This document shows positions 61,746-64,000 of a DNA stretch of 64,000 nt, one piece after another; positions within the stretch are counted from its first letter, which is position 1; each line of letters opens with the position of its first letter. The stretch covers positions 1,779-65,778 of the forward strand of contig JAJNBA010000017.1 of NCBI GenBank assembly GCA_021155985.1, in the 5' to 3' direction. The stretch is from Actinomycetes bacterium (GTDB lineage Bacteria > Actinomycetota > UBA4738 > HRBIN12). Both the position numbers and the translations under genes were made by a program. The notes beneath the pieces are model-generated. The model did not search any database. It had not been told where the DNA came from and worked only from the letters and a program-made list of their open reading frames with translations.

Positions 61746-64000
61746 GTGAGCGTCACCTCCCCCCTCCTCGACGGCCTCAACGACATCCAACGGCAGGCGG
61801 TCCTCCAGACGGAGGGCCCCGTCCTGATCGTCGCCGGAGCGGGGTCGGGCAAGACGAGGGCGCTCACGCACCGGATCGCCTACCTGATCCGTGAATGCGG
61901 GGTCTCGCCGGGGGAGATCCTCGCGATCACGTTCACCAATAAGGCGTCACGGGAGATGGCGGAACGGGTCGGAGACCTCCTGGGCGGGCCGATCTCGCGG
62001 GGCATGTGGGTCCTCACGTTCCACTCCGCTTGCGCCCGGATCCTCCGGAAGGAGCACACCCACCTCGGGGTTCCCTCGAACTTCACGATCTACGACGACG
62101 GCGACACGGAACGGCTGATCGCCGGCATCTCGCGCGACATGGACATCGACCCGAAGCGCTACCCGGCGAAGGCGATCGCGTCCGCGATCGGGAAGGCGAA
62201 GGACCGGGTGCTCGGCCCGGCAGAGTTCGCCGACCTCACCTCTAACCTGTACGAGGAGACGGTCGCTCGGCTCTACACGGAGTACGAGCGTCGGAAGCGC
62301 GATGCCGGCGCCCTCGACTTCGACGACCTGATCAGCGAAGCCGTCCGGCTCTTCCGCGATCACACGGAGGTGCTCCAGCACTACCAGGAGCGGTTCCGGT
62401 ACATCCTGATCGACGAGTACCAGGACACGAACCGGGCGCAGTACGAGCTCGTGAACATGCTCGCGGAGAAGTACCGCAACATCTGTGTCGTCGGCGATGC
62501 CGACCAGGGCGTCTACTCCTGGCGAGGCGCCACGATCCAGAACATCCTGGACTTCGAGCGCGACTACCCGGACGCCGCCGTCTTCCTGATGGAGCAGAAC
62601 TACCGATCGACGCAGAACATCCTCACGGTCGCCAACGCCTTGATCGAGAACAACGTCCAGCGGAAGCCGAAGAACCTGTGGACCGAGGCCGGATCCGGGG
62701 ATCCGGTGGTGCGGGTGCGTGCCAACGATGAACACAGCGAAGCCTACTTCGTCGCGCAGGAGATCGAGCGCCTCCGGAGCGAGGAGGGGTTCCGCTACCG
62801 CGAGGTCGCGATCTTCTACCGGACGAATGCGCAGTCACGCGTGATCGAGGACGTCCTGATGCGGGTGGGGATGCCGTACCGCGTCTTCGGCGGCGTGCGT
62901 TTCTACCAGCGCAAGGAGATCAAGGACATCCTGGCGTACCTCCGCTTGCTCACGAACCCGCAGGACGTGATCTCGTTCCGGCGCGTCGTGAACACGCCGA
63001 AGCGAGGGATCGGGGACGCCACGGTGGCCGCCGTGGAAGCCTTCGCGCGCGACGAGGAGATCGACGTGATGGAGGCGTGCCGCCGCGTGGACGAGATCGC
63101 CACGCTCGCGTCGCGTGCGAAGGGTGCGGTGGCGGGGTTCAACCAGGTCATGACCGCGATCGCCGGGCACCTGGCGGACGGCGCCGGCCCGGCGCGGATG
63201 GTGGAGTTCGCTGCGCAGGAGTCGGGCTACCTCGCGGAGCTCGAGGAGGATCGGACCGTTGAGGCGCAGGGGCGGATCGAGAACATCCAGGAGCTCTCGG
63301 GCGTGGCCGCGGAGCTCCTCGCGCGCGACCCCGACGCCGGCCTCGACGCGTTCCTCGAACAGGTGTCGCTGATCGGGGAGCAGGACGACTACGACGAGGA
63401 AGAGTCCTCGGTCACCCTCATGACGCTGCATATCGCCAAGGGGCTCGAGTTCCCCGCGGTGTTCATCGTGGGACTCGAGGACGGGATCTTCCCCCACTAC
63501 CGGTCGATGACCGACTCGGCGCAGCTCGAGGAGGAGCGGCGGCTGCTCTACGTCGGGATCACGCGCGCGCAGAAGCGCCTCTACCTGTGCCACGCGTGGG
63601 GCCGGACCCTGTTCGGACAGACGAACTACAACCCGCCCTCGAGGTTCCTGAACGAGCTGCCTCCGAGCCTGCTCGATGTGCGGGAGGAGGGTGGCTCCGG
63701 GCGAGGATCGCCGCGCGATGCCTCTCGCGGCGGCCGCGCGAGCCGGGCGGAGCGCGGGTACACGGTCGTCGGGCTCCCGGGGAAGGGACAGGTCGATGTG
63801 GCGCCCACCGGCTCGTGGGCACCCTCGCCACCTCCGAAACGCGAGGTCCCCATCGTCGCCGAAGGAGACACCGTCGTCCACGAGCGCTGGGGCGAAGGGG
63901 TCGTGGTGGCGATCAGGGGACACGGGGACGACACGGAGGCGACGATCGCGTTCTCCGAGGCCGGGGAGAAGCGGCTGCTGCTCTCCTACGCGCCGCTGAC
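61746..64000 (+). CDS. pcrA: ATP-dependent DNA helicase PcrA/UvrD (3' end outside window)
   Basis: Not in the ORF track because no stop lies within the window. Hand translation gives LLDGLNDIQRQAVLQTEGPVLIVAGAGSGKTRALTHRIAYL, FHSACARIL, ILIDEYQDTN, VGDADQGVYSWRGA, QNYRST, TLHIAKGLEFPAVFIVG, YVGITRAQKRLYL. Confidence 0.93.
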   Translation, partial: MSVTSPLLDGLNDIQRQAVLQTEGPVLIVAGAGSGKTRALTHRIAYLIRECGVSPGEILAITFTNKASREMAERVGDLLGGPISRGMWVLTFHSACARILRKEHTHLGVPSNFTIYDDGDTERLIAGISRDMDIDPKRYPAKAIASAIGKAKDRVLGPAEFADLTSNLYEETVARLYTEYERRKRDAGALDFDDLISEAVRLFRDHTEVLQHYQERFRYILIDEYQDTNRAQYELVNMLAEKYRNICVVGDADQGVYSWRGATIQNILDFERDYPDAAVFLMEQNYRSTQNILTVANALIENNVQRKPKNLWTEAGSGDPVVRVRANDEHSEAYFVAQEIERLRSEEGFRYREVAIFYRTNAQSRVIEDVLMRVGMPYRVFGGVRFYQRKEIKDILAYLRLLTNPQDVISFRRVVNTPKRGIGDATVAAVEAFARDEEIDVMEACRRVDEIATLASRAKGAVAGFNQVMTAIAGHLADGAGPARMVEFAAQESGYLAELEEDRTVEAQGRIENIQELSGVAAELLARDPDAGLDAFLEQVSLIGEQDDYDEEESSVTLMTLHIAKGLEFPAVFIVGLEDGIFPHYRSMTDSAQLEEERRLLYVGITRAQKRLYLCHAWGRTLFGQTNYNPPSRFLNELPPSLLDVREEGGSGRGSPRDASRGGRASRAERGYTVVGLPGKGQVDVAPTGSWAPSPPPKREVPIVAEGDTVVHERWGEGVVVAIRGHGDDTEATIAFSEAGEKRLLLSYAPL

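Overview
High-GC (roughly 68-70%) actinobacterial-type chromosome segment. It is almost entirely + strand housekeeping genes. In order: the 3' end of nusG, rplK-rplA, rplJ-rplL, rpoB-rpoC, the str operon (rpsL-rpsG-fusA-tuf), and the S10/spc/alpha ribosomal-protein operons (rpsJ through rplQ, including secY-adk-map-infA-rpmJ). These are followed by truA, rplM-rpsI, glmM, glmS, acpS, nnr, alr, tsaE-tsaB-rimI-tsaD, groES-groEL (with CIRCE), guaB3-guaA, a Ser/Thr kinase, a class E sortase and the 5' part of pcrA. The gene order mirrors the Mycobacterium tuberculosis Rv0639-Rv0732 and Rv3396c-Rv3443c regions. rpoC carries the Actinobacteria-type coiled-coil insertion, so I place this in Actinomycetota; class is uncertain, possibly a deep-branching lineage. 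I found no tRNA or rRNA genes, no CRISPR array, and no transposase, integrase or defence-like cassette. Non-core insertions sit at junctions that are also interrupted in mycobacteria. Between rplA and rplJ lie an orphan LuxR regulator with a degenerate receiver and a small secreted Cys protein. Between rplL and rpoB lie an XRE regulator and a DUF4012 protein. Between rpsI and glmM lie a DUF2007 protein and a decayed arsC/arsR module. Further inserts are a TIMP-like lipid-anchored protein after glmS, and a Leu-DH/GNAT pair followed by an NPP-type phosphodiesterase-CysC-DinB operon between groEL and guaB3. The points most worth a second look are listed here. (1) rplR (uL18) is broken by a ~40 nt internal deletion plus frameshift. 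(2) arsC is frameshifted, with an ArsR/SmtB-like perfect palindrome upstream. (3) An APS kinase is translationally coupled to an alkaline-phosphatase-superfamily enzyme. (4) A family-4 UDG ends in a beta-clamp-binding-like QLELF motif. (5) Several ribosomal proteins carry long low-complexity tails, notably a histone-H1-like Lys/Thr/Ala tail on uL13. (6) rpsD is absent from the alpha operon. I do not see convincing evidence for a wholly new multi-gene system. The window is mostly ordinary core genome, and the findings are graded accordingly.
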